Source: Acidobacteria bacterium RIFCSPLOWO2_12_FULL_67_14b (GTDB lineage: Bacteria > Acidobacteriota > Vicinamibacteria > Vicinamibacterales > UBA2999). From it: 64,000 bases of DNA. Positions 8,670 through 18,004 of this stretch are shown piece by piece. Both the position numbers and the translations under genes were made by a program. The notes below the pieces were generated by a model. It was not told where the DNA came from and ran no database searches. It saw nothing but the letters and a program-made list of their open reading frames with translations. The stretch is taken from NCBI GenBank assembly GCA_001768615.1, contig MELE01000065.1:12158-76157 (forward strand), given 5' to 3'. Position 1 is the stretch's first letter. Every line of letters begins with the position of its first letter.

Positions 8670-10064
8670 ATGTATGACGTCGCGGTGATCGGTGGCGGCA
8701 ACGCCGGCCTCTCGGCGGCGCTCACGGCGCGGCAGGCCGGGGCCAGCGTCATCGTGCTCGAGGGCGCGCCGCGAGACCTTCGCGGCGGCAACAGCCGACA
8801 CACACGGAACCTTCGCTGCGCCCATGCCGCATCGACGGCGGTGCTGACCGAGGCGTACCCGGAGGACGAGTTCCTCGCCGACCTCGTGCGCGTGACGCGC
8901 GAGGAGACCGACCGCCCGCTGGCGCGGCTGCTCGTCGAGCGCTCCGCCGGATGTCCGGAGTGGATGGGACGGTTCGGCGTCCGGTTCCAGCCGTCGCTGA
9001 GCGGCACGCTCCACCTCTCGCGCACGAACGCGTTCTTCCTCGGCGGCGGGAAGGCGCTCATGAACAGCTTCTACGCCTCCGCCGAACGGATGGGCGTCGA
9101 CGTGGCGTACGACGCCGAGGTGGTGGCGCTCGACATTCGCGACCGGGAGTGCCGAGGCGTGTCCGTGAAGGCGGGCAATCGCGTCGAAGACGTGCGGGCC
9201 CGAGCGGTGGTCGTCGCGGCCGGAGGCTTCGAAGCCAATATCGACTGGTTGACGGAGATCTGGGGCGAGGCGGCGGCGAACTTCGTCGTGCGCGGCACGC
9301 CCTACAACCGCGGCACGCTGCTCCGGCTGCTCCTCGACGCGGGCGCCCAGAGGGTCGGCGACCCGGCGGAATGCCATGCGATTGCCGTCGACGCGCGCGC
9401 GCCGCGGTTCGACGGCGGGATCGTCACGCGCCTCGACTCGATTCCCTTCGGGATTGTCGTCAACAGGCACGCCCAGCGGTTCTACGACGAGGGCGAGGAC
9501 GCGTGGCCGAAGCGGTACGCCATCTGGGGACGCCTGATTGCCGGGCAGCCCGACCAGATCGCGTTCTCGATCGTCGATGCCAAGGCGATCGGCACGTTCA
9601 TGCCGTCGGTCTTCCCGCCGATCGTCGCCTCGTCAATCCGCGAGTTGGCCGCCGGGCTGGGATTGCCGCCGGAGGCGCTCGAGGGGACGGTGGCGGCGTT
9701 CAACCGGGCGGTGCGGCCGGGCACGTTCAACCACACCGGGCTCGACGACTGCCGCACCGACGGGCTGACGCCGCCCAAGTCGCACTGGGCGCAGCGCATC
9801 GACACGCCCCCGTTCTGGGGCTACGCGCTTCGTCCCGGCATCACGTTCACCTATCTCGGGGTGAAGGTGGACGATCGGGCGCGCGTGATCTTCGGGGGCG
9901 GCGAACCGTCGCCGAATCTCTACGCGGCAGGCGAGATCATGGCCGGCAACGTCCTGCGCCGCGGCTACATCGCCGGCATCGGAATGACGATCGGGACGGT
10001 CTTCGGCCGGATTGCCGGGGAACAGGCCGCACGTTCGAGCGTCAAAGTGCAAAGTGCGACGTAG
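8670..10064 (+). CDS. tcuA: FAD-dependent tricarballylate dehydrogenase-like flavoprotein (TcuA family)
   Basis: 464 aa with the N-terminal dinucleotide fold MYDVAVIGGGNAGLSAALTA, the RGGNSRHTRN motif and a C-terminal GEIMAGN pattern of the fumarate-reductase/TcuA family. It sits adjacent to tctCBA. Confidence 0.75.
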   Translation: MYDVAVIGGGNAGLSAALTARQAGASVIVLEGAPRDLRGGNSRHTRNLRCAHAASTAVLTEAYPEDEFLADLVRVTREETDRPLARLLVERSAGCPEWMGRFGVRFQPSLSGTLHLSRTNAFFLGGGKALMNSFYASAERMGVDVAYDAEVVALDIRDRECRGVSVKAGNRVEDVRARAVVVAAGGFEANIDWLTEIWGEAAANFVVRGTPYNRGTLLRLLLDAGAQRVGDPAECHAIAVDARAPRFDGGIVTRLDSIPFGIVVNRHAQRFYDEGEDAWPKRYAIWGRLIAGQPDQIAFSIVDAKAIGTFMPSVFPPIVASSIRELAAGLGLPPEALEGTVAAFNRAVRPGTFNHTGLDDCRTDGLTPPKSHWAQRIDTPPFWGYALRPGITFTYLGVKVDDRARVIFGGGEPSPNLYAAGEIMAGNVLRRGYIAGIGMTIGTVFGRIAGEQAARSSVKVQSAT

Positions 10065-10133
10065 GCTTCGAACCTACCTTCCACTTTGCACTTTCCACTT
10101 CTTCTACTTTTCCACTTCTCTACTTCTCTACTT
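10043..10133. terminator. bidirectional hairpin plus CACTT-rich repeat tract between convergent genes
   Basis: caaagtgcaaagtg (10043-10056) pairs with cactttgcactttc (10082-10095). There is an inner hairpin gtaggcttcgaacctac. The tract cacttcttctacttttccacttctctacttctctactt follows. The element overlaps the tcuA stop (10062-10064). Confidence 0.55.
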
Positions 10134-10137
10134 GCGC

Positions 10138-10533
10138 CTATTGCCCTCCCGGCTGGCCGGAGAAGAGCCGCTGCCCCGTGCTGGCCAGCACGACGCTGTG
10201 GGCGTTGGCGTTGTTGCTGCCGTCGCGCGCGCGACTGGCTTCGACCGCCACCACGTCGCCGAGCTTCATCGAGTCGCGCTTCCAGCCCGACCGCAGCAGC
10301 GAATTGGGGCTCCCCATCTCGAATCCCCAGTTGGTGACCGTGCCATCCTCGTTCTTGACGTCCATGAAGAACCAGATGTGGGGATTCGACCACTCGACCT
10401 TGGTCACCGCTCCGGTCAGCTTGAGCGGCTTCTGCGCATCGAATTCCGCCGCGAACGAATGGTGAGCCAGCGCCTGTCCCGACGCGGCGATCGCGGCAAC
10501 GCCCATGACAATTGCAAGTCGTGTTCTCATCAC
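10138..10533 (-). CDS. secreted DUF6152-like protein
   Basis: 131 aa with a signal peptide followed by HHSFAAEFD...KLTGAVTKVEWSNPH, a pattern I recall for DUF6152. It has a 4-nt overlap with the upstream gene. Confidence 0.6.
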   Translation of the reverse strand: MMRTRLAIVMGVAAIAASGQALAHHSFAAEFDAQKPLKLTGAVTKVEWSNPHIWFFMDVKNEDGTVTNWGFEMGSPNSLLRSGWKRDSMKLGDVVAVEASRARDGSNNANAHSVVLASTGQRLFSGQPGGQ

Positions 10534-11363
10534 TGCCTCCCAGTAACTGGTGGACCGCCCGGCTCTCGTCCCCCCCAGATCTCCTGCAGACGCCCGAGGT
10601 CCCGGTTGTTCTCACAGAGATGTTCGAGCAGCTCCGTGTCGGGCTGCAGTTCGAAGCGCATCGTCTGCGACCTCCAGGGCCGTGAGTATGCCTTCGGGTC
10701 GTCGATAGTGACGTCAATCTCCAGGCGGCCGAAGTTGATCCGACCGAAGCGCTCGGTGGTGCGCAGCGCGTCGGTATGCGGATGGCCGTTGTTGTCGAGC
10801 CAGCTCCCTTCCTTGAAGCCGGCGGTGTCGACGACGAGCGCCTCGCCTTCCCACCGGCCCACCGAGTACCCGTACCAATTCGGGTCCGGATCGACCGGCA
10901 ACTGCCGCCCGTCGGTGTGAAACTGGCGATACTTGTGGAATTCCTCGTACAGGATGACGGTGACGCCCGGCGTCTGGATGATCTTGAAGGGGTAGGGCGC
11001 CGTCACCGCGTCGGGCACGCCGTGGGGCATGCAGAACGTCATCGGCCTGTCGTAGCCGTGCGTCTCCACCCGCCGCTTGTAGAGGGCGGCCGCCCACGGC
11101 AGCATCGGCGCCTCGGTGCCATCGGGCAGCAGATTGCTGTTGTAGCGCATCCAGTTGTCGGCGTGCCAGATGCCGGACAGATCGGGCTTGCCGTCCGCCG
11201 TCCGGGGCATCGGCGCGTTCAGGTTGGGTTTCCCGTCAGGCGTACGCGGGGTTCCGGGAAGCGGCAGCGACAGCCACTGCGCGCCGGCTGAGCTTCCCGC
11301 AGCGCAGACCAACGCGAGCGCCAACATCCCGCCGCGCCAGGCGGCGGGTCCGACGATCCGCAT
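10530..11363 (-). CDS. secreted hypothetical protein (conserved partner of DUF6152 proteins)
   Basis: 277 aa with a signal peptide and good coding composition. It is translationally coupled to 10138..10533, and a paralogous remnant lies at 4020..4200. Confidence 0.65.
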   Translation of the reverse strand: MRIVGPAAWRGGMLALALVCAAGSSAGAQWLSLPLPGTPRTPDGKPNLNAPMPRTADGKPDLSGIWHADNWMRYNSNLLPDGTEAPMLPWAAALYKRRVETHGYDRPMTFCMPHGVPDAVTAPYPFKIIQTPGVTVILYEEFHKYRQFHTDGRQLPVDPDPNWYGYSVGRWEGEALVVDTAGFKEGSWLDNNGHPHTDALRTTERFGRINFGRLEIDVTIDDPKAYSRPWRSQTMRFELQPDTELLEHLCENNRDLGRLQEIWGGREPGGPPVTGRQ

Positions 11364-11595
11364 CAGGCGACCCTCCAGGAGCCCGGGGGCCGACGGCCCA
11401 CGAACGGCTCAGATCCGCGGGGGGACGAGGCGGCCGGATGGTAACACGACGCGGGCCCAGCATGTGTGAAAAGTTCAAAGCACGTCGGCACGTGGCGGCT
11501 GGTCTCCCGGCTGTTTCGCAAATCGTGGTCGGAGAGGAACTTCGCCAGTTCGCGATTTCCCGACCCGTACGATCCGGCGTCCAGGCGCCGGGCTC

Positions 11596-12111
11596 CTACC
11601 GGCGCTCGATCGTAAGGGTGCGAATGACGATGTCGGTGCGAGGGCGGTCCCGACCATTGATCGGCGTGCCGCCGATCTTGCGCACCACGTCGATGCCCGA
11701 GACAACCTCGCCGAAGACGGAATGCCGGTCGTCGAGATGCGGGGTAGGAGCGAGCGTGATGAAGAACTGCCCGCCGTTGGTGTTGGGGCCGCGGTTGGCC
11801 ATCGACAGAATGCCGGGCTTGTCGTGACGCAGTCGTGGATGGAACTCGTCCGCGAAGGTATAGCCCGGTCCGCCGATGCCTTCGCCGAGCGGGTCGCCGC
11901 CCTGAATCATGAACCCGTCGATGACCCGGTGGAAGACCAGGCCGTCGTAGTACGGCCGCGTGACGAGCTGGTTCGTACGGGGGTCCCGCCACGGCTTGGT
12001 GCCTTCGGCGAGGCCGACGAAATTCTCGACCGTCTTCGGCGCTTCCTGATCGAAGAGTCGCACGACGAAGGTCCCCTCGCTGGTCACGAACTGGGCGTAG
12101 ACTCCGGGCAC
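11596..12111 (-). CDS. ppiB: peptidyl-prolyl cis-trans isomerase, cyclophilin type
   Basis: 171 aa with [15 protein letters not shown] and [17 protein letters not shown] cyclophilin signatures. Confidence 0.9.
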   Translation of the reverse strand: MPGVYAQFVTSEGTFVVRLFDQEAPKTVENFVGLAEGTKPWRDPRTNQLVTRPYYDGLVFHRVIDGFMIQGGDPLGEGIGGPGYTFADEFHPRLRHDKPGILSMANRGPNTNGGQFFITLAPTPHLDDRHSVFGEVVSGIDVVRKIGGTPINGRDRPRTDIVIRTLTIERR

Positions 12112-12164
12112 GATTGGCTCCTGGTCTGCAGGCGATGTGTGGGGGCGAGCGACTAGAGGATATC

Positions 12165-14387
12165 ATGCAGGGAATGAGCGTCACCGTGCGCTCGGCGGAC
12201 GACGACGCGCTCGACGCGGTCGCGGGCGGCACGCATGACGATCCATGTGCGGTGCTCGGGCGCCACCGGGTGATCGTGGACGGGCGGCCGGCGCTCCTCA
12301 TCCGGACGATGCAGCCTGCCGCCTCAGACGTCCAGCTCGTCACCTCCGACCGGGTGTTCGGGATGCAGCGGAAGCGCGCCGAAGGGCTCTTCGAAACGCG
12401 GGTGCCGCTCGATGGCCGATCGGAGGAGGCGTTCGTCTACTGGTTCCGCGTGCGCGAGGGGAGCACGACGCGCGATGTCGCCGATCCCTATCGGTTCGGG
12501 CCGATCCTGAGCGATTTCGACCTGCACCTCTTTGGCGAGGGGACGCACTACCGCGCGTGGGAGCGGCTCGGATCGCACCGCATGACGATTGACGGCGCCG
12601 AGGGCGTGTACTTCGCCGTCTGGGCGCCCAACGCGCAGCGCGTCAGCGTCATCGGCGATTTCAACCGGTGGGACGGCCGGGCGCACGTCATGCGCCGTCT
12701 GGTCCCGTCCGGGGTGTGGGAGATCTTCATTCCCGGCGTGCCGGACGGCGCCTGTTACAAGTACGAGGTTCGTACGCCCGCCGGCCACCTCCTGCAGAAG
12801 GCCGATCCGTACGCCGTCCGCTTCGAGCTGCCGCCGAACTCCGCGTCCGTGGTCTGGACCGGGGGCCGGTACGAGTGGCGCGATCGCGAGTGGATGCGCG
12901 AGCGCGAGTCGTGCGGCGCGTGGCGCGAGCGCCCGATGGCGGTCTACGAGGTGCACCTCGGATCGTGGCGGAGGGTGCCGGCGGAGGGAAACCGGTTCCT
13001 GACCTACCGGGAGCTGGCGGACACGCTCGTGCCGTACGTGGGCGAGATGGGGTACACGCACGTCGAGCTGATGCCGATCATGGAGCATCCGTTCGCCGGA
13101 TCGTGGGGCTACCAGGTGATTGGGTTCTTCGCGCCCACCAGCCGGTTCGGCGGCCCGGACGACTTCCGCTACCTGGTGGACGAATGTCACCGCCACGGGA
13201 TCGGCGTCATCCTCGACTGGGTGCCCGGGCACTTTCCGAAGGACCGCCACGGGCTGGCGGAGTTCGACGGCACCGCTCTCTACGAGCACGTGGACCCGCG
13301 CCAGGGCGAGCACCGGGAGTGGGGGACGCTCGTCTTCAACTACGGGCGCAACGAGGTGCGGAGCTTCCTGCTGAGCAGCGCGCTCTTCTGGCTGGAGGAG
13401 TTCCACGTCGACGGGCTGCGCGTCGACGCGGTCGCCTCGATGCTGTACCTCGACTACTCACGGCGTGAAGCGGAGTGGATCCCGAACCGGTTCGGCGGCC
13501 GCGAGCACCTCGAAGCGGTGGCGTTCCTGCAGCAGCTGAACACGATCACCCACGGCCAGGTGCCGGGGACGATCACGGTCGCGGAGGAGTCGACCGCCTG
13601 GCCGGCGGTCAGCCGGCCGGTGTACCTGGGCGGGCTCGGGTTCAGCTACAAGTGGAACATGGGCTGGATGCACGACATGCTCCGCTACGTCCAGGAGGAT
13701 TCCGTCCACCGGCGGTGGCATCACGACAAGATCACCTTCTCGATGCTGTACGCCTTCACCGAGAACTTCATCCTGCCGTTCTCGCACGACGAAGTCGTCC
13801 ACGGCAAGCGCGCCATGCTCGACAAGATGCCCGGCGACGTCTGGCAGAAGCACGCGACGCTGCGCACCCTGTACGGCTACATGTACGGGCATCCGGGCAA
13901 GAAGCTCATGTTCATGGGGAGCGAGTTCGGCCAGTGGCGGGAGTGGAACTGCGACGAGAGCCTCGACTGGCACCTGGCGGAAGCGCCGATGCACGCCGGC
14001 CTGCGGCGATGGGTGCAGGACCTCAATCACACCTACCGGCGCGAGCGGTCGCTCCATGAGATCGACTTCGAGGACGCCGGGTTCCGCTGGATCGACTGCA
14101 ACGACAACGAGAACAGCGTGGTCTCGATGATCCGACGCGCCCGCGACCCACGACACTTCACGGTGATGGTGGCCAACTTCACGCCGGTGCCGCGCCACCT
14201 CTATCGCATCGGCGTGCCCGAGAGCGGGTTGTACCGCGAGCTCCTCAACAGCGACGCCGCGATCTACGGCGGGAGCAACGTGGGCAACGGCGGCGGCGTG
14301 ACGGCGCAGGAGATCCCTGCGCACGGATTCCCCTGGTCGCTCTCGCTCGTGGTGCCGCCGCTCGGATTCCTGCTGCTCAAGCGGTAG
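12165..14387 (+). CDS. glgB: 1,4-alpha-glucan branching enzyme
   Basis: ORF 12114..14387, with the likely start at MQGMS (12165). GH13 motifs are present: [37 protein letters not shown] and [14 protein letters not shown]. Confidence 0.9.
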   Translation: MQGMSVTVRSADDDALDAVAGGTHDDPCAVLGRHRVIVDGRPALLIRTMQPAASDVQLVTSDRVFGMQRKRAEGLFETRVPLDGRSEEAFVYWFRVREGSTTRDVADPYRFGPILSDFDLHLFGEGTHYRAWERLGSHRMTIDGAEGVYFAVWAPNAQRVSVIGDFNRWDGRAHVMRRLVPSGVWEIFIPGVPDGACYKYEVRTPAGHLLQKADPYAVRFELPPNSASVVWTGGRYEWRDREWMRERESCGAWRERPMAVYEVHLGSWRRVPAEGNRFLTYRELADTLVPYVGEMGYTHVELMPIMEHPFAGSWGYQVIGFFAPTSRFGGPDDFRYLVDECHRHGIGVILDWVPGHFPKDRHGLAEFDGTALYEHVDPRQGEHREWGTLVFNYGRNEVRSFLLSSALFWLEEFHVDGLRVDAVASMLYLDYSRREAEWIPNRFGGREHLEAVAFLQQLNTITHGQVPGTITVAEESTAWPAVSRPVYLGGLGFSYKWNMGWMHDMLRYVQEDSVHRRWHHDKITFSMLYAFTENFILPFSHDEVVHGKRAMLDKMPGDVWQKHATLRTLYGYMYGHPGKKLMFMGSEFGQWREWNCDESLDWHLAEAPMHAGLRRWVQDLNHTYRRERSLHEIDFEDAGFRWIDCNDNENSVVSMIRRARDPRHFTVMVANFTPVPRHLYRIGVPESGLYRELLNSDAAIYGGSNVGNGGGVTAQEIPAHGFPWSLSLVVPPLGFLLLKR

Positions 14388-14390
14388 CCG

Positions 14391-15386
14391 TCACGCACAC
14401 GACGAGCCCGGCGTTGTGGCCTTCGTGACGGCTTCCACTTCTGAGACTGTTGGGATGCCGGCCATGGCGCCTACGCGCGTGCAGCTCAGCGCGGCCGCCG
14501 CGACGGCGAACCGCAGGATGTCGGCCGGACCGTCGCCCCGCAGCAGCGCGACGATGAAGGCGCCGCGGAATACGTCGCCGGCGCCGGTGGTGTCGACCGT
14601 CGACACCCGGAGTGCCGGCTCGTGGTACAGCCGGTCGCCGGAGAGCAGCATGGCGCCCCGGGCGCCGAGGGTCACGCAGACCAGGCCGGACTCGTACGTG
14701 GGGCGGGTCCTCCTGGACCCGCCGGGTCCGACAGGGCCCGGCCTGCGCGTCTGAATGACGCGCAGCGCGCGCTCGACGTCCTCCTCGCCGGTGAGCGCCT
14801 CGGGCACCCGCTCGGCGAAGATCGGCACCGACACGGCGGCGACGAGCTCCTCGGTGCGGCTGCTGACGCGCTCGATGTCGCTCGTCACGGGCACGCCCAT
14901 CTCGCCCGCGCATCGCGCCGCCCCAATCGCCGCCTCCTCGTCCGCATCGTCCACGTGGAGCAGCCGCGTGCGGCCGATGATGGAGGCGTCGATCTCCTCC
15001 GGCCGCAGCCGCAGCGCCGGATCGCGGTGCCAGAGGACGACGCGCTCGCCCGCCCGGTCGTCGAGCACGATGACGGCATACGGGCTGGGTGCGTCGCGCA
15101 CGCAAGCGTGCTCGACGTCGACGCCGCGGCGCGCCAGCTCGGCGCGCATTCGCGCGCCGTTCGCGTCGTTGCCGATGGCGCCGACGTACTTGGTCCGCAG
15201 CCCCATGGCCGCGCACGTGCAGAGTGCGGTGGCCGTCTGACCGCCGCACGTGACCAGATGCGCTGCGATGGCCTGCTTGGCCGCGGGGCCGTGGGGCAGG
15301 GGGAACCGGGGCACGCGGTAGACGTAGTCGACCGAGTTGGCCCCGACGCCGACGACGTCGAACTGGAACGATCGACCGTCGTTCAC
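14391..15386 (-). CDS. PfkB-family carbohydrate kinase
   Basis: 331 aa with an N-terminal VVGVGANSVDYV...GGQTATA pattern and the C-terminal DTTGAGDVFRGAF PfkB signature. Confidence 0.85.
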   Translation of the reverse strand: MNDGRSFQFDVVGVGANSVDYVYRVPRFPLPHGPAAKQAIAAHLVTCGGQTATALCTCAAMGLRTKYVGAIGNDANGARMRAELARRGVDVEHACVRDAPSPYAVIVLDDRAGERVVLWHRDPALRLRPEEIDASIIGRTRLLHVDDADEEAAIGAARCAGEMGVPVTSDIERVSSRTEELVAAVSVPIFAERVPEALTGEEDVERALRVIQTRRPGPVGPGGSRRTRPTYESGLVCVTLGARGAMLLSGDRLYHEPALRVSTVDTTGAGDVFRGAFIVALLRGDGPADILRFAVAAAALSCTRVGAMAGIPTVSEVEAVTKATTPGSSCA

Positions 15387-15495
15387 ACTTCTCTCTTCTC
15401 GCTTCTTGGTTCGTGTTCAGGTTCGGTTCGTTGTTCGCGTTCCATGTTCGTGGTTCCGACCCACCGCGAGGACGTTCACGAACCGAGAAGTGTGA
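15385..15495. repeat. long imperfect hairpin with GTTCG-rich short-period repeats
   Basis: The outer arms are cacacttctc (about 15385) / gagaagtgtg (about 15486). The inner arms are ggttcgtg / cacgaacc. The loop holds the degenerate repeats gttcaggttcggttcgttgttcgcgttccatgttcgtggttcc. Confidence 0.5.
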
Positions 15496-15513
15496 ACGAC
15501 ACGTCCTCGACGT

Positions 15514-17133
15514 TCAGTCCGTCTTCGGAACCGCCTTCATCGCCTCCATGAACGTGCTCCACGGCACGGGCCTGCCGTGCACGGGCGCCACGGTCGCCAC
15601 GTCGAGCTTCATGCGCTGGACCTGGGTGAGGAAGCTCTGCATCGACGGCAGCTGCGCGGCCCGCGGCGGCTCGTGGGTGTCGAAGAGATCCGCCTCGAAC
15701 GCGATGCGCTCCGCCGGCAGGTACGCCATCAGCATTCCGGCGACGTGCCGCAGCGGCTGCACGTAGTAGACGCGCAGGATGCGGCTGTTGTCGGTGACGA
15801 CGAAGTTCTCCTGGATCCCTTCGTAGTTGTACCCCTCGGCGACTTCCGTCGGCGGCCAGAGCGACACGATGTCGGGCTTCACCGTCCTTGCCTTGTAGGT
15901 CAGGACGTCCCGGTTGAGGAACTTGAGGTTGATGAAGTGGGTGACGACCGTCGCGCCGATGTGGTTGTAGGTCCGGATGCCGCCGATGTGATCGAAGTGC
16001 GGATGCGACGCGATGAGCCAGCGGATCGGCTTGTTCGGCGCCAGCTTCGCCACCGCCTCGATCACCGCGAGGCTGCGCTCCTCGTTGAGCGGCGCTTCGA
16101 ACACGGCGACGAAGTCGCGGAACTCCACCATGTAGCTGTTCGCCGGACCGCCGCCGAGCAGGTAGACCCCGGCGGCCAGCTTCTCGACGTCGACGCGGCC
16201 GTAGGCGGGCGGCGCGGTCTGCTTCACCGATTCGGGCACCGGCACCGGGTCGTCGCACGCGTTGGCCTGGACGGTCGGGAACTTGCCGCCATACCCGTTG
16301 TGGCCGGTGCTCTCGGAATAGAACTGCCAGTTGTCGTCCCAGCCGTGGTGCGAGTGCCAGGCGACGGGCCACTTCGAGGTCCCCGCGTCGATGAAGTTGG
16401 TCGACTCGTGCTCGATGTTGAAATCGCCCAGCACCGGCTCGTTCACGGTCGTCTTGATGCGCGTGATGATGTTCTGGCTGTTGATGGTGGCGTCCACGCG
16501 GTACTTGCCGAGCACGGTGATCGCGACCACGTGCACCTTCTCCGGCGCCACGACGTTGCCGTCGCGCCCCTTTTCGAGCTGCTCCCAGCGCCACAGGGCC
16601 CGCGGGTTCGCGCCGGGCTTCCGGGCGGCCTTGAGGAACCCGTGCGGAGTCAGCCAGATGTCGAGCTGATAGATCTCGGCCAGTTCCGGCGGTGCCGCCA
16701 CGGGCGGCCCGCTGCCGTCCACGTGCCAGGCGTAGGGTCCGTTGACGATGTGGGTCTGTCGGAGCTCCTTCTGCGTGGGCGTGCCGCCGACCCACCCGAT
16801 GCCGTACTTCCACGACGCCGGGTTGCCGCCAGGCTTGCGGTCGAATGTCTCCTTGCTCGTCCCGGTCTCCCAGTTGATCGTCCGCGTGTAGTTGGCCATC
16901 TCGCTGCGCGTCCAGTCGACGTTCGGCGCGTTCTCGAAGGTCTGTCCGACCGGACCGCTGTAGCCGGTGCCCGAGAACGTCACGCACCGCAGGTTCGCCT
17001 CGCCGATGGCCTTGGACGCGGCCGCCAGCACGGGCGCGGGATCCACGAAGCCGGCGGGCCACTGCTGCGCGGGCGTCTGGACTGCCAGCGCCAGCAGCGC
17101 CACCAGCACACCGAACGACAATCTCCTGGCCAT
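15514..17133 (-). CDS. secreted MBL-fold metallo-hydrolase
   Basis: 539 aa with the signal peptide MARRLSFGVLVALLALAVQTPAQQ and the HxHxDH motif (ASHPHFDHIGG) in the C-terminal half. Confidence 0.8.
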   Translation of the reverse strand: MARRLSFGVLVALLALAVQTPAQQWPAGFVDPAPVLAAASKAIGEANLRCVTFSGTGYSGPVGQTFENAPNVDWTRSEMANYTRTINWETGTSKETFDRKPGGNPASWKYGIGWVGGTPTQKELRQTHIVNGPYAWHVDGSGPPVAAPPELAEIYQLDIWLTPHGFLKAARKPGANPRALWRWEQLEKGRDGNVVAPEKVHVVAITVLGKYRVDATINSQNIITRIKTTVNEPVLGDFNIEHESTNFIDAGTSKWPVAWHSHHGWDDNWQFYSESTGHNGYGGKFPTVQANACDDPVPVPESVKQTAPPAYGRVDVEKLAAGVYLLGGGPANSYMVEFRDFVAVFEAPLNEERSLAVIEAVAKLAPNKPIRWLIASHPHFDHIGGIRTYNHIGATVVTHFINLKFLNRDVLTYKARTVKPDIVSLWPPTEVAEGYNYEGIQENFVVTDNSRILRVYYVQPLRHVAGMLMAYLPAERIAFEADLFDTHEPPRAAQLPSMQSFLTQVQRMKLDVATVAPVHGRPVPWSTFMEAMKAVPKTD

Positions 17134-17146
17134 CTGTCCTCCTCGA

Positions 17147-17176
17147 CCCGGGGTCAGACCCAGGGTCTGACCCCGG
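17147..17176. terminator. perfect 13-bp-stem hairpin
   Basis: cccggggtcagacc-cag-ggtctgaccccgg lies between the methyltransferase fragment and the MBL gene RBS. There is no T-tract, so terminator function is uncertain. Confidence 0.4.
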
Positions 17177-17189
17177 CACAGGGGGCCGA

Positions 17190-17450
17190 TTATACGATCC
17201 GGCGGCTCCGCTCGTACAGCGTCACGGCGGCCGACGACGCGGGCGTCAGCGCGACGAGCGTGCGCGCGAGGCCGGCGACCTCGGTCACCATCACCGACCG
17301 CGTCACGAACCGGCGCTCTCCGAGCAGCCGCCGGACCACCAGCCGTCCTTCGGCGATGAAGATGCCGCGTTCGCGAACCAGCTCGGGATCGGGGATGTTG
17401 CGGTACTCGGCCAGCCTTTCGTCGCCTGGGTCGTTAACGGGAGGGGGCAT
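17190..17450 (-). pseudogene. N-terminal fragment of a TrmH/SpoU-family RNA methyltransferase (3'-truncated)
   Basis: The 86 aa MPPPVNDPGDERLAEYRNIPDPELVRERGIFIAEGRLVVRRLLGERRFVTRSVMVT... match the N-terminal substrate-binding region of TrmH-family enzymes. The ~180-aa SpoU catalytic domain is missing. Confidence 0.4.
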
Positions 17451-17454
17451 CGGT

Positions 17455-17506
17455 AAGTGGAAGAAGTGGAAGAAGTGGAAGAAGTGGAAAAGTAGGCAAG
17501 AAGTGC
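17455..17506. repeat. left inverted repeat (GTGGAAGAA tandem units) of the four-helix-bundle cassette
   Basis: aagtggaagaagtggaagaagtggaagaagtggaaaagtagg is the reverse complement (imperfect) of 17961-18000. Confidence 0.75.
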
Positions 17507-17576
17507 AACCAGCTGGTTCGACCACTCCGTTCCTGGCCCGAATCCGGCTGGCATCGGATGTGCTGAATCCGGCGGC

Positions 17577-17948
17577 ATGGCCGCGCCGGAGCTGCTCGAA
17601 CGCACGCACGTGTTTGCGCTCGCCGTTCTGAGGTTCTGTCGTCGTCTGCCTCACAGTCCTGAAGCGCGGGAAGCCGCCGCGCAGTTACGGCGAGCGGCCA
17701 ACTCCGTACGCTCGAACTACCGGGCCGCCAGGAGGGGACGTTCGCGCGCGGAGTTCCAGGCAAAGCTCGGAATTGTCTTCGAGGAAGCCGACGAGTGCGC
17801 CGGGTGGCTCGAGTACCTGCGGGACGGGAACATCCGTCACGATCCCGCGCTCGTCGAGGAGGCACGGGCGCTGGCGCGGATCTTCGCGAAAGCGGTGAAG
17901 ACGACGCGTGCCAACACGATTCGACTACGAAACCTCCCAAGTAGCTAG
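17577..17948 (+). CDS. four-helix-bundle protein (23S rRNA intervening-sequence protein family)
   Basis: 123 aa. The pattern F.LAV..FCRRLP......AAQLRRAANSVRSNY.......SRAEF..KL.I...EADE...WL matches my recollection of the TIGR02436/PF05635 family. Confidence 0.8.
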   Translation: MAAPELLERTHVFALAVLRFCRRLPHSPEAREAAAQLRRAANSVRSNYRAARRGRSRAEFQAKLGIVFEEADECAGWLEYLRDGNIRHDPALVEEARALARIFAKAVKTTRANTIRLRNLPSS

Positions 17949-17960
17949 GAGTACTTTCAA

Positions 17961-18000
17961 CTTACTTTTCCACTTCTTCCACTTTTCCACTTCTCCACTT
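17961..18000. repeat. right inverted repeat of the four-helix-bundle cassette
   Basis: cttacttttccacttcttccacttttccacttctccactt is the reverse complement of the left repeat. Confidence 0.75.
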
Positions 18001-18004
18001 CGCA

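Noticed and set aside
17455-17495. Possible CRISPR or other array from the tandem GTGGAAGAA repeats.
   Set aside because: The units are 9 nt long and contiguous, without spacers. An inverted copy lies 500 nt away. The element behaves as a terminal inverted repeat, not a CRISPR.
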